From contig DXIO01000014.1 of assembly GCA_019112875.1 (NCBI GenBank), positions 69,301 to 133,300 on the forward strand: a stretch of DNA of 64,000 bases. Direction: 5' to 3'. The position numbers and the translations under genes were made by a program. A model generated the notes under the pieces. It searched no databases, was not told where the DNA came from, and saw nothing but the letters and a program-made list of their open reading frames with translations. The DNA comes from Candidatus Aquabacterium excrementipullorum. Lineage in GTDB: Bacteria; Pseudomonadota; Gammaproteobacteria; Burkholderiales; Burkholderiaceae_C. Of this stretch, positions 21,714 to 33,201 are shown piece after piece (positions within the stretch are counted from its first letter, which is position 1; each line of letters begins with the position of its first letter).

Positions 21714-24297
21714 TCAGGTAGGCTGAGGGCGGCACGGGAGGGGCCGTGAGCAGGCCGGTGTCCTCGCGCAGCAGGCGGTAACCGGGGATATTGTCCTTCA
21801 AGGTGCGCAGCGGGCTCGATCCCAGTCGGGACAGCCCCACCAGCTCCAGCTGGAACATCAGGCGGGTGGCCGCTTCGGCCTTGCCGATCGAGGTGCGTGC
21901 CGCGACGACGCGGGCGATCCAGCAGCCGCCGTCGTACTCGATGCCGGCCAGCGCATCGCTCAGGCGGCTGTCCTTGAGGCTGTAGTTCAGGCGGCCGACG
22001 CTGTACCAGGTGCCGCCACAGCCGGCCCCGCCGGACGTGGGTTTCACGCCTGCCGCCTGCGCCAGCGCCTGGGCCACGGCCTCGGCGGCCGGCGAGCGCC
22101 CGGCGATGGGCCACTGCCAGCCCACGTCGATCTGCTCGCTGCTGTCGCGCGTGTAGCGGTAGTTGGCGCTGATGGTGCGGAAGTCGCTGGGGTTGTAGCG
22201 GATGCCCAGCAGCGAGCGTTCGATGCGGCGGTCGCGCGCGCTGTACTGCGCGGTGCTGTCGAAGTACCAGTGCGGGATCACCGAGGTGGAGCCCAGCAGC
22301 AGCAGGTCGGACCAGCGTTCGGTGTTGGGCGGGCCATCGTCGGCGGTGATGCGCTGGTCGGCGAACTGCACCTTCTGCACCACGCCCAGGCGCATGATCT
22401 CGCCACCGTTGCCGGCATCGAGGATGCGCGTGGTCACGCCCAGCGTGAGCTGGTTGGCGTCGGACACGCGATCGACGCCGGTGAAGGCGTTCTCGCTGAA
22501 GATGCTGTACTGGTTGAAGTCGCGGATGGCGCTGTCGAACTGCGGCAGGCCGGACTGTTCCTTGTACGGCGTGTAGACATACTGCACGCGTGGCTCCAGC
22601 GTCTGGATCAGGCTGCGGCCGAACCAGCCCACCGGGCGCTCGTAGACCAGGCCGCCGTCCAGGCTGGTGGTCGGGATGATGCGCGACTGGTTGAGCTTCA
22701 TGCCCAGGCTGGCATCGTTGCGGTCCAGCGCGTAGCTGGCGGCGTTCAGGCTGATCTTGGGCGTGAAGTTCCAGCCCGCATCGCCGAAGGGCCGCGAGAT
22801 GGTGCCCAGGGCGTGGACGCGGTCGCCGGTGACACGGGTGGAATCTTCGTTGCCGAAGCGGTTGACCTCGGTCTCGAAGTTCCAGATCAGGCCCGAATCG
22901 GAGGTGCTGCGGCTGCGCAGGCCGATCTGCGGTTCACGCCGGTAGGGCGAGATGATCTTCGCGTCTGCGCCGGCATCCGGATCGAGGTCCTGCAGCGTCT
23001 GCCAGGTCTGCACGCGGGCGTACAGCGAGGTCTGGCTGGCGCCCAGCCCCCAGGCGCGGGTGTTGATCTGGCGCTCGATGCCGGCGTGGCTGTCGTACAG
23101 GCGCGGTGTGATCGTGTCGCGCGTGCGCGTGAAGTCCTTCCAGTAGTCGTCGTCGGAGACGCGCAGCCACTGGAACTCGTAGTTGGTCAGGCTGGGAGAG
23201 CCGGCCTGCGTGAGTTCACCCTTGTGCTGGGCATTGACCATGCCGCGGTCACGGCCCGCGACCTGGTCGTTGGGCAGGGCCATGACCTGGATGCTGCCCT
23301 GGTCGCTGTTCTCCAGGTAGCGGAACTCGGCCTGCAGGCCGGCACCGCGGCGCGTGGACAGCGTCGGCGTGATCGTGGCATCGCGGTTGGGCGCGATGTT
23401 CCAGTAATACGGCTGCGACAGCTCGAAGCCACTCTTGCTGTCGACGTCGAAGCTGGGCGGCAGGAAGCCGGACTTGCGCTCGTCGCTCAGCGGGAAGGTG
23501 AGCACCGGCGCGGCCAGGATGGGCACGCCCTTGAAGCGGATGACGGCGTTCTCGGCCCGGCCCTCGTTGGACTCGAAGTCCATGTAGACGCTGCTGGTGG
23601 TCAGCACCCAGTCCAGGTCGGTCGGGTCGGCGGTGTTTTCGGGCGTGCAGCTGCTGTAGGTGGCGCGGATGGCGCGCAGCTTGTTGTTGCCCAGGAACTC
23701 GACCTTGTCGGCCTGGCCGCCGGCGCCGGTGCGGGCGAAGCGGTAGGTGGGGTTGGTGAACTCGCCTTCCAGCGTGTCCAGCTGAAGCGTCAGCGCCGGG
23801 CCGCTGAAGATGTCGCCGCGCTTGAGGATGCGCACGTGGCCCAGGGCCTCGGCGGTGTTGATGTCGGCCGTGTGCGTGACCTCGTCGGCGCGCATGAGCA
23901 TGTCGCCGCGCTTGAGGCGCACGTCGCCGCTGGCGTGGGTCTTGATGCCGGGGGTGCCGTCCAGTCGGTCGGCCTCGAAGTAGATGGGCAGGTCTTTCGC
24001 GTCGGTGCCGCCCACGGGGGCGGCCAGCGAGGACGAGATGCGCAGCGGTGCGGCCAGGGTGGCTTCGGGATCGGTCTCGGCCTGGGGCGCCTGGGCAGGG
24101 GGCTGCACGGCCGGCGTGGCCTGGGCCATCTGGACAGCGGCCTGCTGGGCGGCATCCCCGTCGGCGGCCGCCACCATCATCGGGTTCCACAGTGCCAGCG
24201 CGGCTGCACAGGCCACGGGCGTGGGGCTGGGCAAGGGCAGGCGCCAGGCGCGGTGGCGCGGGCCGGCGTGGCGGTGGGGCGGGGCGGAAGGCGGCAC
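21703..24297 (-). CDS. lptD: LPS assembly outer-membrane protein LptD (start uncertain)
   Basis: YSSCTP, SGFLPP, PYYWNIAPNRDAT, TLEPR, EYDGGCW, FQLELVGL. Confidence 0.93.
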   Translation of the reverse strand: MPPSAPPHRHAGPRHRAWRLPLPSPTPVACAAALALWNPMMVAAADGDAAQQAAVQMAQATPAVQPPAQAPQAETDPEATLAAPLRISSSLAAPVGGTDAKDLPIYFEADRLDGTPGIKTHASGDVRLKRGDMLMRADEVTHTADINTAEALGHVRILKRGDIFSGPALTLQLDTLEGEFTNPTYRFARTGAGGQADKVEFLGNNKLRAIRATYSSCTPENTADPTDLDWVLTTSSVYMDFESNEGRAENAVIRFKGVPILAAPVLTFPLSDERKSGFLPPSFDVDSKSGFELSQPYYWNIAPNRDATITPTLSTRRGAGLQAEFRYLENSDQGSIQVMALPNDQVAGRDRGMVNAQHKGELTQAGSPSLTNYEFQWLRVSDDDYWKDFTRTRDTITPRLYDSHAGIERQINTRAWGLGASQTSLYARVQTWQTLQDLDPDAGADAKIISPYRREPQIGLRSRSTSDSGLIWNFETEVNRFGNEDSTRVTGDRVHALGTISRPFGDAGWNFTPKISLNAASYALDRNDASLGMKLNQSRIIPTTSLDGGLVYERPVGWFGRSLIQTLEPRVQYVYTPYKEQSGLPQFDSAIRDFNQYSIFSENAFTGVDRVSDANQLTLGVTTRILDAGNGGEIMRLGVVQKVQFADQRITADDGPPNTERWSDLLLLGSTSVIPHWYFDSTAQYSARDRRIERSLLGIRYNPSDFRTISANYRYTRDSSEQIDVGWQWPIAGRSPAAEAVAQALAQAAGVKPTSGGAGCGGTWYSVGRLNYSLKDSRLSDALAGIEYDGGCWIARVVAARTSIGKAEAATRLMFQLELVGLSRLGSSPLRTLKDNIPGYRLLREDTGLLTAPPVPPSAYLNDE

Positions 24298-24394
24298 GAA
24301 AAAGGCGAGGTGTCGAAATGGCCCGTCGAGGCCGGAGGTGGGGCGACTAAAATTGGGCGATTATTCCATGCGCACCCGCGCGTTTCCTGTCGCC

Positions 24395-25504
24395 ATGTCC
24401 CAGTCTTCCGATTCTTTGTCTGCCGCCTCGACCGTGGCTTGGGCCGATCCGGCGCGCCGGGCGGCTTTCGAGGCCTGGCTGGCGGGTGTGGCCGGCCGTC
24501 ATGGCCTGCAGCCCGGCAGCGTCCGTGCCGCCAGCGCGGATGCGAGCTTCCGCCGTTATCTGCGCGTGGACACCGACGGTGGCCGCTCCGCCATCGTGAT
24601 GGACGCCCCGCCCGACAAGGAAGACAGCCGGCCCTTCGTGAAGGTGGCCCGGCTGTTGCAAGCCGGTGGCGTGGGCGCTCCCGCCATCCTCGAGTGGGAC
24701 GAGGCCCAGGGCTTCATGCTGCTGAGCGATCTGGGCGATCACACCCTGCTGTCCACCCTGCAGCCGCAGGCTGAACCCTTCTCCCAGCCCGACCGCGACA
24801 ACCGGGCCCGCTATGCCGCAGCGCTGGACGAGCTGTTGCTGCTGCAGCGCATCGACGCCCAGGCCGAGGTGCCGCCCTACGACGATGCCCTGCTGCAGCG
24901 CGAACTCGATCTGCTGCCCCAGTGGTACCTCACGCAGCTGCGCGGCCTGACGCTGACGGACGTCCAGCAGGCCGTGCTCCAGCGCAGCTTCGGTCTCATC
25001 AAGGCCCAGGTGCTGGGCCAGCGCCACGTGCTGGTGCACCGCGATTACCACTCGCGCAACCTGATGGTCGACCCCGCCGATCCCCGCGCCAGGCCGGGGG
25101 TGATCGATTTTCAGGATGCGGTATGGGGCCCCGTCACGTATGATCTCGTGTCCTTGCTGCGTGATGCCTATGTGGTGTGGGACGAAGAACTGCAGATCGA
25201 CCACGCGATTCGCTACTGGGAAAAGGCCCGCAAGGCCGCCCTGCCGGTGCCCCATGATTTCGGGGATTTCTGGCGCGACACGGAGTGGATGGGCCTGCAG
25301 CGCCACCTGAAGGTGCTGGGGATTTTTGCGCGTCTGGCGCTGCGCGATGGCAAGCAGCAGTACCTGGACGACATCCCGCGCGTTTGGCAGTACGCCCACC
25401 GGGTCTGTACGCGCTACAACGGGCTGGGTCCCCTGGCGGCGCTTCTCGAGGCCGCAGAGGCCGGTACGCTGGGCATCCAGCGTCAGACCGGCTACACCTT
25501 CTGA
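24395..25504 (+). CDS. amgK: Aminoglycoside-phosphotransferase-family kinase, probably MurNAc/GlcNAc kinase AmgK
   Basis: ADASFRRYLRV, MDAPP, LSDLGD, HRDYHSRNLM, DFQDA, YDLVSLLRD, LQRHLKVLGIFARL; divergent from lptD; alternative start 24368. Confidence 0.85.
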   Translation: MSQSSDSLSAASTVAWADPARRAAFEAWLAGVAGRHGLQPGSVRAASADASFRRYLRVDTDGGRSAIVMDAPPDKEDSRPFVKVARLLQAGGVGAPAILEWDEAQGFMLLSDLGDHTLLSTLQPQAEPFSQPDRDNRARYAAALDELLLLQRIDAQAEVPPYDDALLQRELDLLPQWYLTQLRGLTLTDVQQAVLQRSFGLIKAQVLGQRHVLVHRDYHSRNLMVDPADPRARPGVIDFQDAVWGPVTYDLVSLLRDAYVVWDEELQIDHAIRYWEKARKAALPVPHDFGDFWRDTEWMGLQRHLKVLGIFARLALRDGKQQYLDDIPRVWQYAHRVCTRYNGLGPLAALLEAAEAGTLGIQRQTGYTF

Positions 25505-25539
25505 CCAGGCAGACAGCCTGGCCGCAACCTTGAGGTTCT

Positions 25540-27105
<1,566 letters not shown>

Positions 27106-27158
27106 TCGGGCGCTGCTTGTTCTTCGGCTGAGGCCTCTGTGAAGGCATTCGGCGCATG

Positions 27159-27187
27159 AAGGCCCTGGCGGATCGCCGGGGCTTTTT
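27159..27187. terminator. Probable bidirectional terminator between the helicase and the AraC gene
   Basis: AAGGCCCTGGCG-GAT-CGCCGGGGCTTTTT. Confidence 0.7.
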
Positions 27188-27297
27188 CATGTGTGCTTGG
27201 GCTTGGGCTGGTTGGCGGTGCGGATGGTTGGGCGCGTTGTCACGACAAAGCGCTCAAACCGCCCCAGAGCAAGGCCAAGGCGCCAGACCCGACAAGA

Positions 27298-28257
27298 TCA
27301 AGCCGCAGCCTCTACCTCAGCCGCATTCCCGCCACCGCGAGCCGCCTGCGTCTGCCGCCAGGCCGACGGCGAATGCCCGTACTCGCGCTTGAACGCCTGG
27401 CTGAACGCCGCCTCGGAGGCATAGCCCACCTGATCGGCCACCCGGCTGATCGGCGCATTACTGCCCGCCAACTGCCGTGCGGCCAAGCGCATGCGATGCC
27501 GTGTCAGGTAGGTCAGGGGCGGCTCACCCAGAGTCTGCGTGAAACGGTCCGCGAAAGCCGAGCGCGACAGACAGGCCTGCTGCGCCAACTCGGGCACCGT
27601 CCAGTTGTGCGCCGGCGTGCGGTGCATGCACGCCAGCGCCGTCGACAAGGCCCGGTCCTTCAGCGCGGCCAGCCAGTTGCCCGATTCTTCCGTGAGCGAA
27701 CTGACGTAATCGCGCAGGCATTCCATGAAGAGGATGTCGCCCAGGCGGTTGATGATGGCCTGCTGGCCGGGGCGCGGGCTCATCAGCTCCTGCGCCAGGA
27801 ACTGCAGGCCGATGGCCAGCCAGGGCGGCGGGGCCTCGCCCAGCCCATGGATGTGCATCAGGCCTGGCAGGGCCGACACCAGCGGCGCGGCCATGTGCAC
27901 GTCGAAGCGGGCGTGGCCGCTGATCATCTGGGCCTGCGTGCCGCCGCTGCCCAGGCGCAGGGGCACCAGATCGGGCCGCTGCAGGTGCGAAGACAGGTCG
28001 TGCGGGTTGGCGGCTGGCGTGGGGCGGTCCTGCACCCGGTGCGGCACGCCGGCGGGCAGCACCACCAGGTCACCCGTCTGCAGGGCCACCGGCTCGTGGT
28101 CGTCGCGCAGCAGCCAGGCCTGTCCTTCGGTGAGGATGTGGAACGCCGCCAGGCCGGGGGTGTGCAACTGCAGGGACCAGGGCGCGCTCAGTTCGGTGGC
28201 CACGAACACGACGCCGTCGAAGCGCATGTCGTCGATGATGAGACTCAAGGGGTCCAT
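27298..28257 (-). CDS. AraC-family regulator (cupin + HTH), likely alkB regulator
   Basis: N-terminal cupin (PWSL...AFHILTEG, GDLVVLPAGVPH); C-terminal WTVPELA...LSRSAFADRF...VGYASEAAFSQAFKR. Confidence 0.9.
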   Translation of the reverse strand: MDPLSLIIDDMRFDGVVFVATELSAPWSLQLHTPGLAAFHILTEGQAWLLRDDHEPVALQTGDLVVLPAGVPHRVQDRPTPAANPHDLSSHLQRPDLVPLRLGSGGTQAQMISGHARFDVHMAAPLVSALPGLMHIHGLGEAPPPWLAIGLQFLAQELMSPRPGQQAIINRLGDILFMECLRDYVSSLTEESGNWLAALKDRALSTALACMHRTPAHNWTVPELAQQACLSRSAFADRFTQTLGEPPLTYLTRHRMRLAARQLAGSNAPISRVADQVGYASEAAFSQAFKREYGHSPSAWRQTQAARGGGNAAEVEAAA

Positions 28258-28486
28258 GGTGCGGCAGGATGCCATGCCTGGGGGCTGCTGTCATCGTGGA
28301 AACGCCGACACCCGAGCGAAATCCGCCGAAACTGCCGTCCGCCCGGCCCGTTGAGGGTTTTTCCGGGGCGTTGGCCGGCGTATGACTGAACTGTGACGGC
28401 TTTGCGGGGATTCAGTTCGAACAGCGGTCTGCGCACACTGCTGGTCATCGGCGCAACAGCGCGCCCCTCGCACAAGGAGTACAACG

Positions 28487-29656
28487 ATGGCACAAGCGGC
28501 CGTGGCCCAGGCCCCCTGGGTGGATCACAAGCGATACCTTTGGCTGCTGGGCCCGGGTGTGCCCGTCATCGGCCTGGTCGCCTTGGCCCTGTTCCAGCAA
28601 CTGCACTGGCACTGGGTGGTGTGGATGCCCATGCTCATCGTGCATGGGGCGCTGCCCCTGATGGACTGGATCGTCGGCGAGGACCGCGAGAACCCGCCCG
28701 ACAGCGCCATCGCCGCGCTGGAGGCCGATCCCTATTACCGCTGGCTGCTGTTCGCCTTCGTGCCGCTGCAGTGGGCCGTCACGCTGTGGGGCGCCTGGCT
28801 CTTCGTCAACGTGGACATGGCCTGGTACAGCCAGCTCGGCCTGGGCCTGAGCGTGGGCCTGGTCAGCGGCATCGCCATCAATACCGGCCATGAGCTGGGC
28901 CACAAGAAGAACACGCTGGACCAGTGGCTGGCCCGCATCGCGCTGGCGCCCTCGTGGTATGGCCACTTCTATGTGGAGCACAACCGCGGCCACCACAAGA
29001 ACGTGGCCACGCCGGAGGATCCGGCCAGCTCGCGCATGGGCGAAACCTTCTGGGCCTTCCTGCCGCGCACGGTGATGGGCAGCCTGAAGTCGGCCTGGCA
29101 CCTGGAGGCCGAGCGCCTGGCCAAGCAGGGCAAGGGCGCCTGGAGCGTGCACAACCAGAACCTGCAATCGTGGGCGATCTCGTTCGTGATGTTCGCGGCC
29201 GTGGTGGCCTGGCTGGGCTGGGCCGTGCTGCCCTTCCTGATCATCCAGGCGGTGTACGGCTTCTCGCTGCTGGAAGTGGTGAACTACCTGGAGCACTATG
29301 GCCTGCTGCGCCAGAAAGGCGCCGACGGCCGCTATGAGCGCTGCCAGCCACGCCATTCCTGGAACAGCAACCACATCGTGACCAACCTGTTCCTGTACCA
29401 CCTGCAGCGCCACTCGGATCACCACGCCTTCCCGGCGCGGCGTTTCCAGGCCCTGCGCCACTTCGACGAAGGCCCCCAACTGCCCTCGGGCTATGCGGCC
29501 ATGCTGATGGTGGCCTACATCCCGCCGCTGTGGTTCGCGTTGATGGACAAGAAGGTGCTGGCGCACTACAACGGCGACATCTCCCAGGCCAATCTGCATC
29601 CCTCCAAGCGCGCTGCCTTGCTGGCACGGTATGGCCGCACGGCGGCCCGCGCCTGA
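28487..29656 (+). CDS. alkB: Alkane 1-monooxygenase
   Basis: All four AlkB motifs: HELGHK, EHNRGHH, NYLEHYGL, LQRHSDHHA; TM helices. Confidence 0.93.
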   Translation: MAQAAVAQAPWVDHKRYLWLLGPGVPVIGLVALALFQQLHWHWVVWMPMLIVHGALPLMDWIVGEDRENPPDSAIAALEADPYYRWLLFAFVPLQWAVTLWGAWLFVNVDMAWYSQLGLGLSVGLVSGIAINTGHELGHKKNTLDQWLARIALAPSWYGHFYVEHNRGHHKNVATPEDPASSRMGETFWAFLPRTVMGSLKSAWHLEAERLAKQGKGAWSVHNQNLQSWAISFVMFAAVVAWLGWAVLPFLIIQAVYGFSLLEVVNYLEHYGLLRQKGADGRYERCQPRHSWNSNHIVTNLFLYHLQRHSDHHAFPARRFQALRHFDEGPQLPSGYAAMLMVAYIPPLWFALMDKKVLAHYNGDISQANLHPSKRAALLARYGRTAARA

Positions 29657-29673
29657 AGAACACGGCAGGCATG

Positions 29674-29696
29674 AAAAAGCCGCCTCTGGGGCGGCT
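29674..29696 (-). terminator. Intrinsic terminator for the minus-strand PA2169-family gene
   Basis: AAAAAGCCGCC-TCTGG-GGCGGCT; the A-run reads as a U-tract on the minus strand. Confidence 0.65.
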
Positions 29697-29732
29697 GCAT
29701 CGACGAGAAGGGCGCCGATCGACGGCGCCACA

Positions 29733-29752
29733 GGGGCCGCAAGGCCCTTTTT
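29733..29752 (+). terminator. Intrinsic terminator downstream of alkB
   Basis: GGGGCC-GCAA-GGCCCTTTTT with a GNRA loop. Confidence 0.7.
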
Positions 29753-29756
29753 CTCA

Positions 29757-30218
29757 TCAATGGTGGGCGGCGGCACGGGCCTGGTCGCGCAGCGAACGCA
29801 CCAGGTCGTGGTTGCGTTGCACGCCAGCGCGCTGCGATACCAGCACCGAGCGAATCTCGTCGGGCAGATCCTTCTTCAGGGCCTTGTCGTAGCGGGCCAG
29901 GGCACGGTCTTCGCCGCGCTCGCATTCTTCCAGCACGGCCTTGTCATCCGACAGCGACAGCGCTGCCTTGATGTTCAGCCAGCCGCGGTGCAGGGCGCCG
30001 GAGGCGGTGCCGCCAGTGGCGGGTTGCTCCTGGTTGGCGTACACGATGCGCTGCAGTTCGGTGGCGGCGGCCTGGCATTCCGTGGCGCGGCGCTCGAACA
30101 TGGTCTTCAGGGTGGGAGAGTCGGCGTGTTCGGCACATTCCTTGAAGCCGTACTCGCCGTCCTTGCAGTTCTCGATGATGTCATTGACCGTGTCGATCAC
30201 TTCGGTTGCGTAGCTCAT
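29757..30218 (-). CDS. PA2169/DUF2383-family four-helix-bundle (ferritin-like) stress protein
   Basis: LNDIIENCKDGEYGF, GTASGALHRGWLNIK, ECERGED pattern typical of the family. Confidence 0.85.
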   Translation of the reverse strand: MSYATEVIDTVNDIIENCKDGEYGFKECAEHADSPTLKTMFERRATECQAAATELQRIVYANQEQPATGGTASGALHRGWLNIKAALSLSDDKAVLEECERGEDRALARYDKALKKDLPDEIRSVLVSQRAGVQRNHDLVRSLRDQARAAAHH

Positions 30219-30314
30219 GGGGTCTCCTTTCTGAGATCCGGGCCAGCCTTTTCATGCGGTGAAGGCGGCTGGCAAAACCGAGACTCCAGCGTAGGGGGCG
30301 GTCCGGCCGGGGGC

Positions 30315-30410
30315 AGTCAGTCGGCCCTGAAGTGCGGGTCAGCCATGCCTGACGGGCTGGCAAGGCCGATGTCAGCGCTTCTTGACACGCCCTGTCGGCA
30401 GGCGCCGATA
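30315..30410. promoter_or_regulatory. Four tandem palindromic boxes between the divergent PA2169-family and cls genes
   Basis: AGTCAG-N6-CTGAAG 30315, GGTCAG-N6-CTGACG 30337, TGTCAG-N6-TTGACA 30370, TGTCGG-N6-CCGATA 30393; -10-like TACGCT (minus, 30288-30293) and CACAAT (plus, 30432-30437). Confidence 0.7.
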
Positions 30411-30470
30411 GCCCGGCGGCCGGGCGCTGTACACAATAGGCCATCTGGATTGCGCGGACCGAGGTGTGGC

Positions 30471-31979
30471 GTGAGCCCTCAATCACAACAAGGACGAGTG
30501 CCGAGGAGACCCCATGAGCGATGCGACACCGAAGGTGCCCCACGCCCCCGTGCGCGGCCTGCTGCCCACATGCTGAGCTGCACGCTGGGTCTGGCCGCCC
30601 TGCTGGCGGGCTGTGGCTCGCTGGAGCCGCGGCGCCAGCCGGTCGTCGCCGACACCGTGGTGAGCAACGTACAGCTGGCGAGCCGGCTGCAGGTGGCCAC
30701 GGCCAACGACGACCTGCGGCGCCGCGAGCGCACCAACCTGATCGGGCAGCTGCAGTCCGAAGGGCGGCCTGACCTGGTCAAGCGCCACCTGGCCGCGATG
30801 ACCGCGCAGGAGCGTGTCCGGCTGGTGGCCGACAACGAGGTGCATCTGCTGGTGGACGGCCCCCAGACCTTCGCGGCCATGTTCAAGTCGCTGGAGGCGG
30901 CGCGGCGCTCGATCTGGCTGGAGAGCTACATCATCGAGGACGCCGACATCGCCGTGCGCCTGCGCGACCTGCTGATCCGCAAGCGCGCGCAGGGCGTGGA
31001 TGTGCGGGTGATCTACGACGCCGTGGGCTCCATCGGCACCTCGCGGGATTTCTTCCAGAGCCTGCGCGATGCCGGCGTGCACACCTGCGCCTTCAACCCC
31101 ATCAACCCGTTGAGCCGGCCCGGCTACTGGGGCATCAACCACCGGGACCATCGCAAGATCCTGGCCGTCGACGAGCAGCAGGCCTTCACGGGGGGCATCA
31201 ACATCTCCAAGGTCTACTCCTCGGGCTCGTCCTTCTTCAAGAAGCACAAGCCGCCCGAGGGCGAGGGCAAGGACAACGGCTGGCGCGACACGCAGGTGCA
31301 GATGGATGGCCCCGCGGCGGCCGAGATGGCCCGCATCGTGCGCCAGACCTGGGACGCGCAGGGCTGCAAGCCGGCCGTGGACCCGTCCATCGCGACGGGC
31401 AGCGATCCCAAGGGGGGCAAGAAGCGCGGTGACAAGGTCATGCAGGTGATCCCCAGCGGCCCCGATGAAAAGGGCATGGACACCTATGTGTCCCTGCTGA
31501 CGGCGCTGGACGCGGCGCAGCAGAGCATCCACATCACCATGGCCTACTTTTCGCCTGGCGAGGACATGGTGCAGGCCCTGTGCGATGCCGCGCAGCGGGG
31601 CGTGCAGGTGCAGCTGATCCTGCCGTCCATCAGCGATTTCAGCCCGGTGCTCTACGCCGGGCGCTCTTACTACGAGCGCCTGTTGCAGGCCGGCGTGAAG
31701 CTGTACGAACTGGACAGCGCCGTGCTCCATGCCAAGACGGCGGTGGTCGACGGGGTGTGGTCCACCGTGGGCTCCAGCAACATGGACTGGCGCAGCTTCG
31801 TGAGCAACAACGAGATCAACGTGGTGGTGCTGGGGCGCGACTTCGGGCAGGCGATGGAGGCGCAGTTTTCGCGTGACCTGGCCTCGTCCACCCCGATCGA
31901 GCCTGCGCAGTGGCCCAAGCGGCCGTTGATGGAAAAGCTCAAGGAGAAAGGCGCCCGCCTGTTCGAGCGCCTGATGTGA
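30471..31979 (+). CDS. Phospholipase D / cardiolipin synthase (ClsB-like)
   Basis: Two HKD motifs (HRKILAVD, HAKTAVVD), GSSNMD; LAGC lipobox-like segment; start is GTG 30471 (GAGG RBS) or ATG 30570. Confidence 0.88.
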   Translation: MSPQSQQGRVPRRPHERCDTEGAPRPRARPAAHMLSCTLGLAALLAGCGSLEPRRQPVVADTVVSNVQLASRLQVATANDDLRRRERTNLIGQLQSEGRPDLVKRHLAAMTAQERVRLVADNEVHLLVDGPQTFAAMFKSLEAARRSIWLESYIIEDADIAVRLRDLLIRKRAQGVDVRVIYDAVGSIGTSRDFFQSLRDAGVHTCAFNPINPLSRPGYWGINHRDHRKILAVDEQQAFTGGINISKVYSSGSSFFKKHKPPEGEGKDNGWRDTQVQMDGPAAAEMARIVRQTWDAQGCKPAVDPSIATGSDPKGGKKRGDKVMQVIPSGPDEKGMDTYVSLLTALDAAQQSIHITMAYFSPGEDMVQALCDAAQRGVQVQLILPSISDFSPVLYAGRSYYERLLQAGVKLYELDSAVLHAKTAVVDGVWSTVGSSNMDWRSFVSNNEINVVVLGRDFGQAMEAQFSRDLASSTPIEPAQWPKRPLMEKLKEKGARLFERLM

Positions 31980-32028
31980 TGAGTCGGTGAGGGGCAGGGC
32001 GCCGCGACGGCGTCCGCCCGTCCATGCC

Positions 32029-33159
32029 TCAGGCCATGATGGCCGAGTCGTGCACCGTGTCGTGCACGAAGCGCAGTTTCTGGCGCACCACCTCCGACAG
32101 GGCGAAGGGGTAGATGTCGTCCATGCCCATGCTGCGGTTCAGTGCATTGAGCGCCAGGCTCAGCGGCACCCAGCGCAGGATCAGCTGGTCGAAGTCGGGG
32201 CGCGTGTCACGCAGGATCTCTTCGCGCCGTGCCTTGCGGGCGGCTTTGCGGTCCTGGCCCGGCAGGCGCACGGAATCGGCGAAGTCATCGGCTGTTTCGA
32301 TCATGGCGCGCATGTGCATGTAGTGCGCCCAGGTCTCTGCCCAGCTCTCCCAGGGATGGGAGCTGGCGTAGGCGGAGATGTGTTCCTCGGCCCAGTCGGC
32401 CTGGGGCTGCTCGTAGTGGCGTTTGAGTGCCTCGCCATAGTCCTCGCGCTCGTCGCCGAAGAGTTCGCGGAAGGCATTGAGCCGCGCCTCCTGGGGCGCG
32501 ATGAGTTCGTCCCAGTAGAAGTGGCCGATCTCGTGGCGAAAGTGGCCAAGCACCGTGCGGTAGGGCTCGCCCAGTTGCTGGCGCGAGCGCACGCGTTCCA
32601 CATCGTCGGCTTCCGCCAGGTTGATCGTGATGTGACCGTGGTCGTGCCCGGTCATCACCTTGCAGCCCTGGTCAGGCAGGTTCTCCAGGAAGGAGAAGCG
32701 CAGCGGGTTGATGGTTTCGTGCTCGAACAGGGGCAGCCCCAGTTCACGCAGGTTGAACACCAGGCGGCGCTTGGCCGATTCCATCTTGTAGAGGGCGACG
32801 TGGCGCCCCTCCAAGGACAGGTTCGGAATGTCCCTTGTCAGCCGGCAGGATGCGCACAGCTCGTTGGGGTCACTGGCCTCGACGGCCCAGTTGCAGGTGT
32901 CTGTGCTCACGTAGTGGTGGCACAGGCGGTAGGCCGGGGCTTCCTCCTGGGGCAGGTCCGATGCGGCGGTGGCCTCGGGATCGATCGTGGCATCGGGCGA
33001 GGAGGGCGCCGCCACGCGCCACAGGCCATCGTCGCTGCGTTCCAGCGCGGCGACGCGGAACTGGTCGGGCAGAAAGGCCAGGGTATGGCCGCAGCCGACG
33101 CAGCGGGGGTTTTCGAAAAATACGGGGCTGTCGCAGTGGTCGCAGCGGAAAGTCCTCAT
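32029..33159 (-). CDS. Putative zinc-binding metallopeptidase with N-terminal zinc ribbon (DUF2248-like)
   Basis: CDHC...CVGC ribbon, CASC, TGHDHGHITI, GHFRHEIGHFYW (HExxH), SHPWESWAETWAHY. Confidence 0.82.
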   Translation of the reverse strand: MRTFRCDHCDSPVFFENPRCVGCGHTLAFLPDQFRVAALERSDDGLWRVAAPSSPDATIDPEATAASDLPQEEAPAYRLCHHYVSTDTCNWAVEASDPNELCASCRLTRDIPNLSLEGRHVALYKMESAKRRLVFNLRELGLPLFEHETINPLRFSFLENLPDQGCKVMTGHDHGHITINLAEADDVERVRSRQQLGEPYRTVLGHFRHEIGHFYWDELIAPQEARLNAFRELFGDEREDYGEALKRHYEQPQADWAEEHISAYASSHPWESWAETWAHYMHMRAMIETADDFADSVRLPGQDRKAARKARREEILRDTRPDFDQLILRWVPLSLALNALNRSMGMDDIYPFALSEVVRQKLRFVHDTVHDSAIMA

Positions 33160-33201
33160 GGGGTCCTCTTGTCGGGCGCCTCCACGGCCGGGCTCCTGCT
33201 G

